From contig OZ024766.1 of assembly GCA_964016885.1 (NCBI GenBank), forward strand, positions 2,108,001 through 2,172,000: 64,000 nucleotides of DNA, read 5' to 3'. Below are positions 41,230-54,830 of the stretch, in pieces (position 1 is the stretch's first letter; each line of letters begins with the position of its first letter). Below the pieces are notes generated by a model. The model saw only the letters and a list, made by a program, of their open reading frames with translations, did no database searches and was not told where the DNA came from. Made by a program: the position numbers and the translations under genes. This DNA comes from Eledone cirrhosa. Lineage: Eukaryota.

Positions 41230-41340
41230 GAGGTGACCTTTATATAAAGTTTTGAAAGGTGAAAAACACCGAACAAGCGGGCGAAATAACGTGCTTGTTC
41301 ATTGGCCAGGCTGTTAACGTCACGCTAGTCCAGTGACGAC
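41230..41340 (-). promoter_or_regulatory. Candidate distal TATA/CCAAT promoter facing the myc-like gene
   Basis: On the minus strand: CRE-like GTGACGTT (~41320), GGCCAAT (~41303), then TTTATATAAA (~41240). Followed by unique CpG-rich sequence and a possible donor CCAG|GTGGAT near 41101. Confidence 0.4.
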
Positions 41341-41539
41341 ACAGAAGGGGCCAGTTTACTCTGAACCGGGGTCATAACGATACGATAACTCAAACGATCG
41401 GTTGAATTTAGGGTCCTGATATTAGGGACCAAAACCTGGTATTTATGTAACACTGGCCCACCCGTGACCCGTTGTGTGTGTGTGTATATACATATATATA
41501 TATATATTGAAGTGACGTAACCCAACGGGGTACGGGTGG

Positions 41540-41570
<31 letters not shown>

Positions 41571-41668
41571 GATATATACATATATATACACACATATATT
41601 CATACATACATATATATATATATATATACACACATACATTCATAAACACACACATATATATATGTATG

Positions 41669-41722
<54 letters not shown>

Positions 41723-41895
41723 GTTGTCCTCCAGTATTCCCGGTGGGTTATGTTCCTAGAACACCCATGAAGAGTGAAAAACCGCGAATATTGCACGTGG
41801 TCCATAAAAATGTCTATAAATGGCAAAACATAACATAAAATATAGGCCGGCAAATATGGTATATTGTTATTAATAATTTAGTGTTAAAAAGCGCG

Positions 41896-41928
<33 letters not shown>

Positions 41929-42079
41929 TATTGCAACGAAAAAAGGCATTAAAAAATCGCGGAAGATATTTACGATTCCGCGAATATGCGGTGGTTTCCG
42001 CGAACGATTATTAGTTAGGGTCTGAGGAAAAATCCACGAATGAGCCGGGACTGCGTATGCTGGGGTTACACTGTATATA

Positions 42080-42110
<31 letters not shown>

Positions 42111-42519
42111 GTATATATATATGTATGTATATACATGTGTGTGTGTGTTTGTGTATACACATGAAGTTGTACTGTTTTCTATCAGTTCATGTATGTTTAC
42201 TTTACATAGAAATAGCAGATCTTGACCTCCAAAATTCAATCGACCTCCGGGGTAATCCAATCAATCAGTTATTAACCAATATTGCCAATCCACCGCCAAG
42301 AATCGAACTCACGTGTTTGCTCCGTCCGCAAACATAAAAATACGTACATCGTTGCAAAGGGAGGTAACGATGAAGAGACTAACGTCGACGTAAAGATGAA
42401 TGAATTATCTCCCCTGAAATATTATATTTTACGTTGATATAACAGATTCGTTGAGGAGAATCTACATAGAAAAATTACTTTGTCTCTTGATCTTATTACA
42501 ATCCAGGGCCGGGTTAACG

Positions 42520-43266
42520 CAGTAATACACTGGGGTAATTGCTGGCCTTGTGCCTATATTAGCAATAGTTATTATGGGGTCGATAAAATAAAGTACCAGT
42601 AATACACTGGGGTAATTGCTGGCCTTGTGCCAAAAGTAGCAACAATTATTACGGGGTCGATAAAATAAAGTACCAGTAATGCACTGGGGTAATTGCTGGC
42701 CTTGTGCCTATATTAGCAACAGTTATTACAGGGTCGATAAAATAGAGTACCAGTAATACACTGGGGTTAATTGCTGGCCTTGTGCCTATATTAGCAACAG
42801 TTATTATGGGGTCGATAAAATAAAGTACCAGTAATACACTGGGGTAATTGCTGGCCTTGTGCCAAAAGTAGCAACAGTTATTATGGGGTCGATAAAATAA
42901 AGTACCAGTAATACACTGAGGTAATTGCTGGCCTTGTTCCAAAAGTAGCAACAATTATTACGGGATCGATAAAATAAAGTACCAGTAATGCACTGGGATA
43001 ATTGCTGGCCTTGTGCCAAAAGTAGCAACAGTTATTATGGGGTCGATAAAATAAAGTACCAGTAATACACTGAGGTAATTGCTGGCCTTGTTCCAAAAGT
43101 AGCAACAATTATTACGGGGTCGATAAAATAAAGTACCAGTAATACACTGGGGTAATTGCTGGCCTTGTGCCTATATTAGCAACAGTTATTACGGGGTCGA
43201 TAAAATAAAGTACCAGTAATGCACTGAGGTAATTGCTGGCCTTGTGCCAAAAGTAGCAACAGTTAT
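42520..43266 (+). repeat. 77-bp tandem array (~9.5 copies) of the SINE family 2 3' end
   Basis: Unit GGGGTCGATAAAATAAAGTACCAGTAATACACTGGGGTAATTGCTGGCCTTGTGCCAAAAGTAGCAACAGTTATTAT. Confidence 0.9.
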
Positions 43267-43690
43267 CACCTATAACACGATCGACACTTCAGGATGATGG
43301 AGAGGTATAAGAAGTGTTCCAATGTATCGAACATTATCGATCAGAATTCTTAGTTTTATTAATACAAACATAATTTATTCCGCTGATTGGTTTGAACACG
43401 TTACGAAATGTACGCAGCCATATTTTCTCTGTGTGTGTAGGTGCCAGAGAAAAGAGTGTTTTCTTTGTTGTGAGTCAAAAATGTAGTGAGACAGGGTCTA
43501 ATTTATTGTCAGGGATTGAATACATTCTGAGGAGTTGGTCAGAGGTAAATAATGTAATGGAGATCGAATGGACCAACTTCGATCGATTAGCTACCTCTAG
43601 GCTCACCTGATCAATTAAACAATTGTTAATACCTGAAATAAAGCCCCTTGTTGTACAGTCGACCATGTTACTCTTCGTTCTTTCACTATA

Positions 43691-43733
<43 letters not shown>

Positions 43734-43762
43734 CACGCTCTATATAAATACATACACCTCGC

Positions 43763-43793
<31 letters not shown>

Positions 43794-43914
43794 TTATAAA
43801 TATTTGGTCTACGGTTCTAATATATTTGATATATATTTATCCTTATCGATCTCTCTTTGGATTTTAGCCTTCAAATTTATTATTCTTACTATATATATAT
43901 ATATATATACCACG

Positions 43915-43953
<39 letters not shown>

Positions 43954-44074
43954 GCGTGGTGTATATATATAAATATATAGCGTGGTGTATATATATATAT
44001 ATATATATATAAATATACAGCTAGGTGTATATGTATATATATACCACGCTATATATATATGTATATATACCATG

Positions 44075-44112
<38 letters not shown>

Positions 44113-44116
44113 CGAG

Positions 44117-44213
<97 letters not shown>

Positions 44214-44216
44214 ACG

Positions 44217-44385
<169 letters not shown>

Positions 44386-44388
44386 ACG

Positions 44389-44425
<37 letters not shown>

Positions 44426-44474
44426 TATATATATATACATACAGAGTGACAGAGCAGAAACCAAGGAATGCAGA

Positions 44475-44510
44475 CGCTAATTTCCCACAATTCCCAACCG
44501 GAAGTAGTAG
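44475..44510. promoter_or_regulatory. ETS-containing promoter-like site
   Basis: ACCGGAAGT at 44497-44505, preceded by TTTCCCACAATTCCCA (CSL-like or ZNF143-like). Confidence 0.35.
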
Positions 44511-45104
44511 CCTGTCTCATTGTTTACGACGCTACCTTCATCATGTGTGTGCTCTGATCACCTGTTAACTGGACGCTCTACAGCTTCTTTCTCCTCTATC
44601 TCTTCTTTCTACTCTCTCTCTCTCTCTATCTCTCTGTCTCTCTCTTCATCTTTCTCTCTCTCGCTGTCTGTCTATCTCTACCTCTCATTCTCTCTCGCTC
44701 CATCTCTCTCTCTCTCTCTGTCTATCTCTCGCTCCATCTCTCTCTCTCTCTGTCTGTCTCTCTCTCTATCTATCTATCTGTTTATCTCTCTGTCTATCTC
44801 TCACTCTCTCTCTCTCTCCCTGTTCCTGTCTTTCTTTCTCATCTTCTCTCCAATCACTGCTAACACCCTCCCTCTCTCTCTCTCTCTCTTCGTCTCCTCC
44901 CTCCCCCTCTCTCTCTATCCCCCCCCTCTCGTTATTCACCCCCCCCCCCCCGCACACACTACCACTCTCCCCCCTCTCTCTAGCGCTATAGTCACCTCCC
45001 ACCCCCTCTTCTCACCTGACATTGCACCCAGTGTTCGTTTCTCGCCTACGGCACCGTGAAGCACGCACACACATATATATACACACACACACACACATAT
45101 ATAT

Positions 45105-45135
<31 letters not shown>

Positions 45136-45312
45136 CCCACACACACACACACACATATATATACACACACACACACATATATATATACCCACACACATAC
45201 CCACACACACACACACACACATATATATATACCCACACATATATACACACACACACACACATATACCCACACACATATACCCACACACACACACATATAT
45301 ATATATACCCAT

Positions 45313-45343
<31 letters not shown>

Positions 45344-45454
45344 CCCACACACACACACACACATATATACACACACACACACACATACACGCATGCACAC
45401 ACATATATACACTTGTAGACACACACAACGCTTAAATTCATGCATATACTGCTG

Positions 45455-45487
<33 letters not shown>

Positions 45488-45567
45488 CCACCTTAATTGG
45501 TATATACATGCGTATATAATCAGATTAACACACACACACACACACACATATATACACATATATACAC

Positions 45568-45598
<31 letters not shown>

Positions 45599-46205
45599 CA
45601 CTCAATTACACACACAAAGACCTTCATTCAACCACACACCACCACTACCACTACACCCCAACCCCCTCCACCACCACTACTACCACCACCACCACCAATA
45701 CCACCCCACCACTACACCACCACCACTACCACTACTAGCACCACCACTACACCACCACCACTACCACTACACCCCAACCCCCTCCACCACCACTACTACC
45801 ACCACCACCACCAATACTACCCCACCACTACACCACCACCACTACCACTACTAGCACCACCACTACACCACCACCACTACCACTACACCCTAACCCCCTC
45901 CTCCACCACTACACCACCACCACCACCACCACCAATACCACCATTACACACAACCTCCCCAACCACCACCACCACTACACCCCCACCACCACCACTACAC
46001 TACTAGCACCACCCCCACCACTACACCACCATCACTTCACCACTACCACTACTAGCACCACCACTACACCACTACCACCACTACACCACCACCACCACCA
46101 ATACCACCACTACACACCACCAACACCAACACCATTCCCCCCACCACTTCTACTACTAGAGAGAGAGAGAGAGAGAGAGAAGAGACCATCTCTCATTTCT
46201 CTCAG

Positions 46206-46396
46206 CTTTGCTCGTGTAGATGGCAGGGTACAAGCTCTTGTCCACTACCACACCAGTCCCGACCCCCCCATTGCCCCAGACTGACCACACGTCCGAGCTA
46301 AGGATACTTTTACTAAGCAGCCAGGATGTTACACCGGAGTTTGGCCCCACTGGCCCCACACAGCCCCAGGATGATAGCCTCATGCTCACAACACAT
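46206..46396 (+). CDS. Possible first coding exon of an unidentified gene (MAGYKLLSTT...LRILLLSSQD...)
   Basis: Pyrimidine tract with CTCAG acceptor at 46205, ATG at 46220, open frame of non-repetitive GC-balanced sequence, possible donor GTACGT at 46397. No family recognised and no downstream exon found. Confidence 0.3.
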
Positions 46397-46540
46397 GTAC
46401 GTAAAGTTCAATTTTATCTTTTTATCTGTCTCCCTGTCTGTCTGTCTCCCTGTCCATATGTCTCTCTGTCTCCCTGTCTCTCTGTCTCCCTGTCCATCTG
46501 TCTCTCTGTCTCCCTGTCTCCCTGTCCATCTGTCTATCTA

Positions 46541-47625
46541 TAAAGGTGTTATATGGTGGACGAGGTTGAGAGGACTGAGGACAGATGCCTTTCTCTCCGG
46601 ACAACAACTCATTCCCTTCTTTAGGTACCACTTTAGAAGGAGAATCAGGGTGGAGAGAGAGGCACTGGCCCCCAGTAAATTTACAGAAAGGTGTTATATG
46701 GTGGACGAGGTTGAGAGGACTGAGGACAGATGCCTTTCTCTCCGGACAACAACTCATTCCCTTCTTTAGGTACCACTTTAGAAGGAGAATCAGGGTGGAG
46801 AGAGAGGCACTGGCCCCCAGTAAATTTACAGAAAGGTGTTATATGGTGGACGAGGTTGAGAGGACTGAGGACAGATGCCTTTCTCTCCGGACAACAACTC
46901 ATTCCCTTCTTTAGGTACCACTTTAGAAGGAGAATCAGAGTGGAAAGAGAGGCACTGGCCCCCAGTAAATTTACTGAAAGGTGGGTGAATGTGGCAAAAA
47001 TGGCCCGAGTGATTGGGCCTTCTCTGTATATAAACCTGTAGGTTGAAGAAGAGAGCATTAGGAAGAAAGGAGCACTTGCACAACACGCTCCTGGAGTTGA
47101 GGGTTCTTCTATCTACGGGGTATTAAACAACCCCTTTGTGGTGCCTCCCCCCTATTGGGGATTTCGATTGTTGTAATTGTTTGTTTTATATTTTTACACG
47201 ACTGTATGTAAAATCCCCGGCATGTGTCCTTGTTTTGTCCCCTTTTCTTGTGGGCCCTTGTGGCTAATAATGAAACATATCTATCTATCTGTCTGTCTGT
47301 CTATCTATCTATAGAATAAAGAAAGAAAATGGCTCGGGTGAATGGGCCTTCTCTGTATATAAACCTGTAGGTTGAGGAAGATAAACAGAGGGAAGACGGG
47401 AACACCTACAAAACCTGTTCCTGCTGTTGAGGGTTGTTCTATCCACGGGGGTGTAAAACAACCCCGCAGTAGCGTTAACTCCCATCCCCTAATGGGGATT
47501 TCAATTGTTTTTTGTTTTTTATATAGTTTATTGTTATTTATCATTGTCAAAGATTTTATGTAAACCCCCTGCCGTCACGTCTTGTAATCTCCCATTTCTT
47601 GTACGCCCCTGTGGCAAATAAAGAA

Positions 47626-47687
<62 letters not shown>

Positions 47688-47817
47688 AGGGGTGTGTGCA
47701 ACCCCCATCACGTCCCCTCCCTTTTGAGGTTGTTTTTGATTATTTTTTACTCGGTTTTATGTAAACTCCCCCATTGTATTTGCCCCTTCTTTTTATACCT
47801 TTATGGTAAATAAAGAA

Positions 47818-47855
<38 letters not shown>

Positions 47856-47935
47856 ATGTAAACTTCCCCCTTTGTATTTGTCCCCTTCTTTTGTGCCCCT
47901 GTGGCTAATAAAGAAACATATCTATCTATCTATCT
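46541..47935 (+). mobile_element. Cluster of L1/Tx1-like LINE 3' ends in (TATC)n; the first has a 145-bp triplication
   Basis: ORF end VIWWTRL...KFTERWVNV...LYINL*. Four related 3' ends GG[CT][AT]AATAA.GAAA are each followed by TATC repeats (~47280, 47625, 47820, 47920). Confidence 0.65.
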
Positions 47936-48242
47936 ATAGATATATAGATAGATATAAACATACACTCATGCATACCTGTACTTAAACGTAATAATCACAA
48001 GAGGTGCGCCGTTTCCGTGGTATTTAGAGCTGCTAGAAATAACAGCCAAATTCCCCTCAAATCGCACCCACTGAGTTAGAAAGCAATGCTACAGTGTATA
48101 ATATAGTCGTAGGTTCCTGTAGATGGGTTGGCCACGTTTGGAAGGTCTTTGATAATAGATCTGCTCTGTCAATACAATTGACCTTGGAATAACAAACAAC
48201 GTTGTGCTCATATATATAATATATAATATATATTTATATATA

Positions 48243-48307
<65 letters not shown>

Positions 48308-48559
48308 TATTTAGATATATATTTATGTATACATATATATGTGTGTATATATATATCTATATATAGATATATAGATATATATGTGTGCGTGTGTGTGTGT
48401 GTGTGTGTATGAATATATATATTGTGTGTGTGAGTGTATATGTATATATATGTGTGTGTGTGCGTGTATGTATATGTGTATATATGCGAATATATATGTG
48501 TATATACATGTATAAATGTGTATATTTATGTATGGATGTATATAATAGATTTAGCCAAA

Positions 48560-50460
48560 CTCGTTATCTTCAATTCAGTATCCATGCCAACTCTTACCTA
48601 TGGTCAGGAAACCTGTGTAATGACTTAAAGAACACGATCGCTAATACAAGCAGACGAAATGGGATTCCTCAGCAGGGTCTTTGGAGCAACATTACTTGAT
48701 GGAGTGTGTATCTGGAAGATCTGAGAGTCACTCCAGGTAGAGCCACTACTTCTCTGAATTGAGAGATCACAGCTCTGATACTACAGACATGTGGTTAGAA
48801 TGTCTCAGGAAAGAATCTCTGAATTGAGAGATCACAGCTCTGATACTACAGACATGTGGTTAGAATGTCTCAGGAAAGAATCTCTGAATTGAGAGATCAC
48901 AGCTCTGATACTACAGACATGTGGTTAGAATGTCTCAGGAAAGAATCTCTGAATTGAGAGATCACAACTCTGATACTACAGACATGTGGTTAGAATGTCT
49001 CAGTAAAGAATCTCTGAATTAGGAGATCACAGCTCTGATACTACAGACATGTGGTTAGAATGTCTCAGGAGAGAATCTCTGGATTGAGAGATCACAGCTC
49101 TGATACTACAGACATGTGGTTAGAATGTCTCAGGAAAGAATCTCTGGATTGAGAGATCACAGCTCTGATACTACAGACATGTGGTTAGAATGTCTCAGGA
49201 AAGAATCTCTGGATTGAGAGACCACAGCTCTGATACTACAGACATGTGGTTAGAATGTCTCAGGAAAGAATCTCTGAATTGAGAGATCACAGCTCTGATA
49301 CTACAGACATGTGGTTAGAATGTCTCAGGAAAGAATCTCTGGATTGAGAGACCACAGCTCTGATACTACAGACATGTGGTTAGAATGTCTCAGGAAAGAA
49401 TCTCTGAATTGAGAGATCACAGCTCTGGTACTACAGACATGTGGTTAGAATGTCTGAGGAAAGAATCTCTGAATTGAGAGATCACAGCTCTGATACTACA
49501 GACATGTGGTTAGAATGTCTCAGGAAAGAATCACTGGATTGAGAGATCACAGCTCTGATACTACAGACATGTGGTTAGAATGTCTCAGGAAAGAATCTCT
49601 GAATTGAGAGATCACAGCTCTGATACTACAGACATGTGGTTAGAATGTCTCAGGAAAGAATCACTGGATTGAGAGATCACAGCTCTGATACTACAGACAT
49701 GTGGTTAGAATGTCTCAGGAAAGAATCTCTGAATTGAGAGATCACAGCTCTGATACTACAGACATGTGGTTAGAATGTCTCAGGAAAGAATCTCTGGGTT
49801 GAGAGATCACAGCTCTGATACTACAGACATGTGGTTAGAATGTCTCAGGAAAGACTCTCTGAATTGAGAGATCACAGCTCTGATACTACAGACATGTGGT
49901 TAGAATGTCTCAGGAAAGAATCTCTGAATTGAGAGATCACAGCTCTGATACTACAGACATGTGGTTAGAATGTCTCAGGAAAGAATCTCTGAATTGAGAG
50001 ATCACAGCTCTGATACTACAGACATATGGTTAGAATGTCTGAGGAAAGAATCTCTGAATTGAGAGATCACAGCTCTGATACTACAGACATGTGGTTAGAA
50101 TGTCTCAGGAAAGAATCTCTGAATTGAGAGATCACAGCTCTGATACTACAGACATGTGGTTAGAATGTCTCAGGAAAGAATCTCTGAATTGAGAGATCAC
50201 AGCTCTGATACTACAGACATGTGGTTAGAATGTCTCAGGAAAGAATCACTGGACAGATTTTACAGGCAAAACCAACTGACAGGAGACTTAGGGGTAGACC
50301 CCGAGCAAGATACTTGGATAACATCCATGAGCTTGGCTGGTCTTGGTTGGGGATCTCGCTGGATCATTTGGAGATGGTTGCTTTTGACAGGACCTGCTAG
50401 AATGAGTGTTTCAGGAGCCCCTCCACTCTCCCAGGAATAAATGGACGAAGAAGAGGAGTT
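48560..50460 (+). mobile_element. Degraded RTE LINE 3' region with an internal 59-bp tandem array (~25 copies, 48755-50250)
   Basis: Flanks translate as PTLTYGQET..IQADEMGFL and RRLRGRPRAR. The unit translates as IERSQL*YYRHVVRMSQE (RTE LRWFGHVxRM motif). Confidence 0.88.
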
Positions 50461-50575
50461 TGAGCTTTTACACCTCTCTCTCTTTTTCTGATGACTGAAT
50501 GTTGAAATTGGTGCATCACTGCACCAGCTGCTGTAATTCTTGCACTTATTCCAGCCTCCTAACTACCATCACTTT

Positions 50576-50885
50576 ACTCGCATGGTCATCAAGTGACTGA
50601 CGCCCCACTTGCTTGAGGCCACCATTGTAACGGGGTGCGGGAGAGGGGAGAATGCTTTCATTCCAAGGATGAACCTTTTTCCCCTCACCGTCAGATATCC
50701 CGTTCGATTTCCGGCGATCCCAATTCCCGGTGAGACCATGTTTTGCCATGTCCATTAACAAGTCACAAGGGCAAACATTGTCGGTGGCGGGCATCCATTT
50801 GGGGGAGCCATGCTTCTCCCATGGCCAACTTTATGTTGCCTGTTCCCGCGTGGGGAGCAGGAATGGACTTTTTGTATACACTTGA
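50576..50885 (+). mobile_element. Helitron (PIF1-family) helicase C-terminal fragment, absent from the ORF track
   Basis: Manual translation: LLEATIVTG..GENAFIPRM / [48 protein letters not shown], with one stop and one frameshift. Confidence 0.9.
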
Positions 50886-51432
50886 ATTTCTCCAACTACT
50901 TCAAGCGAGGCCTGATCCAGTAGACCTACGATTTGATCAAAGATCTTCCAGCTGTGACCATCCTGTCTTTTATAGACTTATGATCAAAGATGTTGGTGAC
51001 CTGATAAAAAGCGCCCAGTCCACCCTGTAAATGTGGTTAGTGTTAGGAATGGTGGCATTCAGCCTGAGAAGCCAGGCCAAAATACAGATGAACATGAGCT
51101 TGTTGGACCCTGAGGCTGTCTTGTCTTACAACATATGGTAAAATGGACGTTAGATGATGATGATGATGATGATGACATATATTTATTTATTTATATATAT
51201 ATATATACATGTACATATATACATTAAGATAGATATGTGACAGGTGAATTCATACATATATGTACATAAATTTAAATATAAATTCTATATGCCTCGGTTC
51301 TTTTGCTTATATATATATAATGATACTACTACTACAACTAATAATAATAATAATAATAATAATAATTTAAAAAAAAACAATGTAAAAGAAATATATATCC
51401 AGAGAGAACACAAAATGTATCAGATCTATTTC

Positions 51433-51481
<49 letters not shown>

Positions 51482-51611
51482 GCAAAAGTTTTATTTTAAA
51501 TTGTTGGGTTACAACAAGTAAATATTTTATAACTGATATAAAGCACTCAACAAGTTTTGGAGTAGATATACGATATTAAACAAATGGAAACTATATTTAT
51601 AAAACCATATT

Positions 51612-51677
51612 TATTTCATTATACATATTTCAGGGATACCATATTAAAAATATGGCATGCCTTCGTCAGATAAAATA
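51612..51677 (-). ncRNA. Hammerhead ribozyme, CUGACGA variant (family A)
   Basis: TATTTTAT-CTGACGA-AGGCATGCCATATT..AATATGGTATCCCT-GAAA-TATGTA-TA-ATGAAATA. Stem II sequence differs from other copies but still pairs. Confidence 0.72.
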
Positions 51678-51934
51678 CAATATATAAACAGTTTTATAAA
51701 TAATTTTGACGTACCATAAATATAAGCGACCATTAAGATAGGAGGCTGGCTTGGTAGTGAAGTGTTTATAATTATTTAGTTATAGTGTTAAGCACAGTTA
51801 GAAAAAAAAATATATATATATATATATGTGTGTGTATGTGTGTTTATATCTGTATCTATATATAATATATTCATATATACATATATTGACTTTTATACAC
51901 CCCCACATATATATGTAGCGAAATCTTTCATAGG

Positions 51935-52645
51935 TGACAAATACAGTGAAGGAGGCAGAGGATTTGGTGGAGGAGGTGGAGACTGTGTCGATGAGTGTGG
52001 GGCTGAGAATGAATGAGACTAAAACAAAATATCTGGTAGAGAATGTTGAGAAGCCAGAGGGGATCACTAATGTAGGCGGGAAGCCGCTAGAATTGGTTGA
52101 GGACTTCCTGTATTTGGGAGCAAAGATTGGGAATACGGAAGATGATGTGGTCGAGAGGAAGAGCAAAGCCTGGGCGGCGTGCCACAGCTTGAGATCGGTG
52201 TGGAGGAAGTCGGACCTTTGTAAAGACCTGAAGATCCATCTCTTCATTGCTGTAGTGGAGTCTGTGCTGCTGTACGGGTCTGAGACTTGGACACTGACCA
52301 AGAAACTCACTCAGATTGTGGGTGGGTGCTACACGAGAATGCTGAGGTTGGCTCTGAACATTAATCAGTATACACTGACGATGAAGAACTCAGAGCTGTA
52401 TGGGAGCCTCCCAAGAGTCAGCTCGAAAGTAACACAGGGGAGACTGAGGTTAGCTGGACATTGCTCACCGACATCCAGTGCTCCTGTGGGAGCCCCTACA
52501 TGGACACACTGGAAGAGGGAGACCAAGGTTGACATATATTGATGCCCTAAGGACAGACACTGGTCTGTTGGAGACGCAGGACATGGCAGCGATAATGAGG
52601 GACAGAGACCGCTGGAGAGAACTCGTCCATGGATCTCGGGAATTT
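51935..52645 (+). mobile_element. RTE-clade LINE RT C-terminal fragment
   Basis: GLRMNETKTK, VEDFLYLG, ESVLLYGSETW, RLRLAGH, then frameshifted GRGRPRLTY and DRDRWR. Confidence 0.92.
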
Positions 52646-52922
52646 TACCTGCCCCTATATATATATATATATATATATACATGTAATACATATATACATG
52701 TATATATATATGTGTATTTATATATGTACTTATATATGTATATATGTATATATGTATATATATATAGAGAGAGAGAAAGAGAGAAAGTGAGAGAAATGGC
52801 TTGTATTCTACTAATGTATTGAGTACCTTACTAACTGTCTCCCCTACCCCCCCATTAAACTCAGGACTCATATATATATACAATATATTAACAAATGGAA
52901 ACTATATTTATAAAACCATATT

Positions 52923-52988
52923 TATTTCATTATACATATTTCAAGGGCCACCAAGGCAGATTATGGTGCGCTTTCATCAGATAAAATA
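52923..52988 (-). ncRNA. Hammerhead ribozyme, left arm of an inverted pair (family A)
   Basis: tcatcag at 52974-52980; reverse complement of 53121-53186. Confidence 0.68.
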
Positions 52989-53120
52989 TAATATAGATTA
53001 GTTTTATAAATAAATATTGACATACCCTGAAAAAAATGCAAGCTTCACGGTTGAAGTCTTCTGGATAGTTGCATTTTTTCAGGGTATGTCAATATTTATT
53101 TATAAAACTAATCTATATTA

Positions 53121-53186
53121 TATTTTATCTGATGAAAGCGCACCATAATCTGCCTTGGTGGCCCTTGAAATATGTATAATGAAATA
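53121..53186 (+). ncRNA. Hammerhead ribozyme, right arm of an inverted pair (family A)
   Basis: TATTTTAT-CTGATGA (53129-53135)-AAGCGCACCA..TGGTGGCCCTT-GAAA-TATGTA-TA-ATGAAATA. Confidence 0.7.
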
Positions 53187-53302
53187 AATAAGGTTTTATA
53201 AATATAGTTTCCATTTGTTAATATATTGTATATTTACTCCAATAATTTGTTGAGTGCTTTATATCAGTTATAAAAATATTTGCATGTTGTATCCCAACAA
53301 AT

Positions 53303-53375
<73 letters not shown>

Positions 53376-53659
53376 CTGTCCACAAGCTTATGTATGTATG
53401 TATGTATGTGTGTAGATATATATATATACATGCATATATATATCTAGATGTGTGTTAGTAGTTATGCGTATATGAGCCGGGGATGAGGTGTGTAGCTAAG
53501 ATTGTGAGGTGTGTTTACTCAGACATAACAACCGTGTCATGTTAAGGAACGCGTGACAGGAAGAGCAGTGCCTGACATTACTTTACGGCTATTTTTGTGA
53601 TTACATTCTGCGACTTTAATTTTCGTCTAATACACAGACATGCTAACTATGTAAGTGTG

Positions 53660-54830
53660 TCATCATCATCATCACCGTTTTACATCCGTTCTTCCACACT
53701 AGCATGGGTTAGACGGGTTGTCCTGTTGTGGGTAGTGTCCGGTCGGCTGACCTTGTCTTGCTCATACAAGAACTGATCTGGCTTGATTTCTACAGCTGGA
53801 TGCCCTTCCTAACACCAACCTCATTTACAGTGAGTGAGTGCTGGGTGCTTTTTCGTGGCACCTACACGTCCACTTTACAGTGTGGGTTGGGTGCTTTTTC
53901 GTGGCACCTACACGTCCACTTTACAGTGTGGGCTGGGTGCTTTATTGCCGTGGCACCTCCATGACCACTTTACAGTGAGTGCTGGGTGCTTTTTTGCCGT
54001 GGCACCTCCATGACCACTTTACAGTGTGGGCTGGGTGCTTTTTTACCGTGGCACCTTCATGACCACTTTACAGTGTGGGCTGGGTGCTTTTTCGTGGCAC
54101 CTCCACGACCACTTTACAGTGTGGGCTGGGTGCATTTTTGCCGTGGCACCTCCATGACCACATTACAGTGAGTGCTGGGTGCTTTTTTGCCGTGGCACCT
54201 CCACGACCACTTTACAGTGTGGGCTGGGTGCTTTTTTGCCATGGCACCTCCATGTCCACTTTACAGTGTGGGCTGGGTGCTTTTTGCCGTGGCACCTCCA
54301 TGACCACTTTACAGTGAGTGCTGGGTGCTTTTTTGCCGTGGCACCTCCACGACCACTTTACAGTGTGGACTGGGTGCTTTTTTGCCGTGGCACCTCCACG
54401 ACCACTTTACAGTGAGTGCTGGGTGCTTTTTTGCCGTGGCACCTCCACGACCACTTTACAGTGTGGACTGGGTGCTTTTTTACCGTGGCACCTCCATGAC
54501 CACTTTACAGTGTGGGCTGGGTGCTTTTTTGCCGTGGCACCTCCATGACCACTTTACAGTGTGGGCTGGGTGCTTTTTTGCCGTGGCACCTCCATGACCA
54601 CTTTACAGTGTGGGCTGGGTGCTTTTTTGCCGTGGCACCTCCACGACCACTTTACAGTGTGGGCACGACCACTTTACAGTGTGGGCTGGGTGCTTTTTTA
54701 CCGTGGCACCTCCATGACCACTTTACAGTGTGGGCTGGGTGCTTTTTTGCCGTGGCACCTCCACGACCACTTTACAGTGAGTGCTGGGTGCTTTTTTACC
54801 GTGGCACCTCCATGACCACTTTGCAGTGGG
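53660..54830 (-). repeat. SINE family 1 tail with ~20 tandem 49-bp units
   Basis: (CAT)n tail at 53660, then the 49-bp unit repeated across 53825-54828. Confidence 0.9.

Larger units (their letters stand above)
52874..53310. mobile_element. Penelope-like terminal-repeat fragment with inverted partial copy (family A)
   Basis: Inverted arms of ~165 bp around a 27-bp spacer (53042-53068). The right arm continues to the family 3' end and (TA)n. Confidence 0.75.

Noticed and set aside
42312-43632. Possible additional minus-strand exons (42413-42312; ~43632-43607)
   Set aside because: Only splice-like motifs, with no coding signal or other support.
53638-53650. Possible 13-nt micro-exon (CACAG...|GTAAGT)
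   Set aside because: Not a multiple of three and cannot be tied to any supported gene model.
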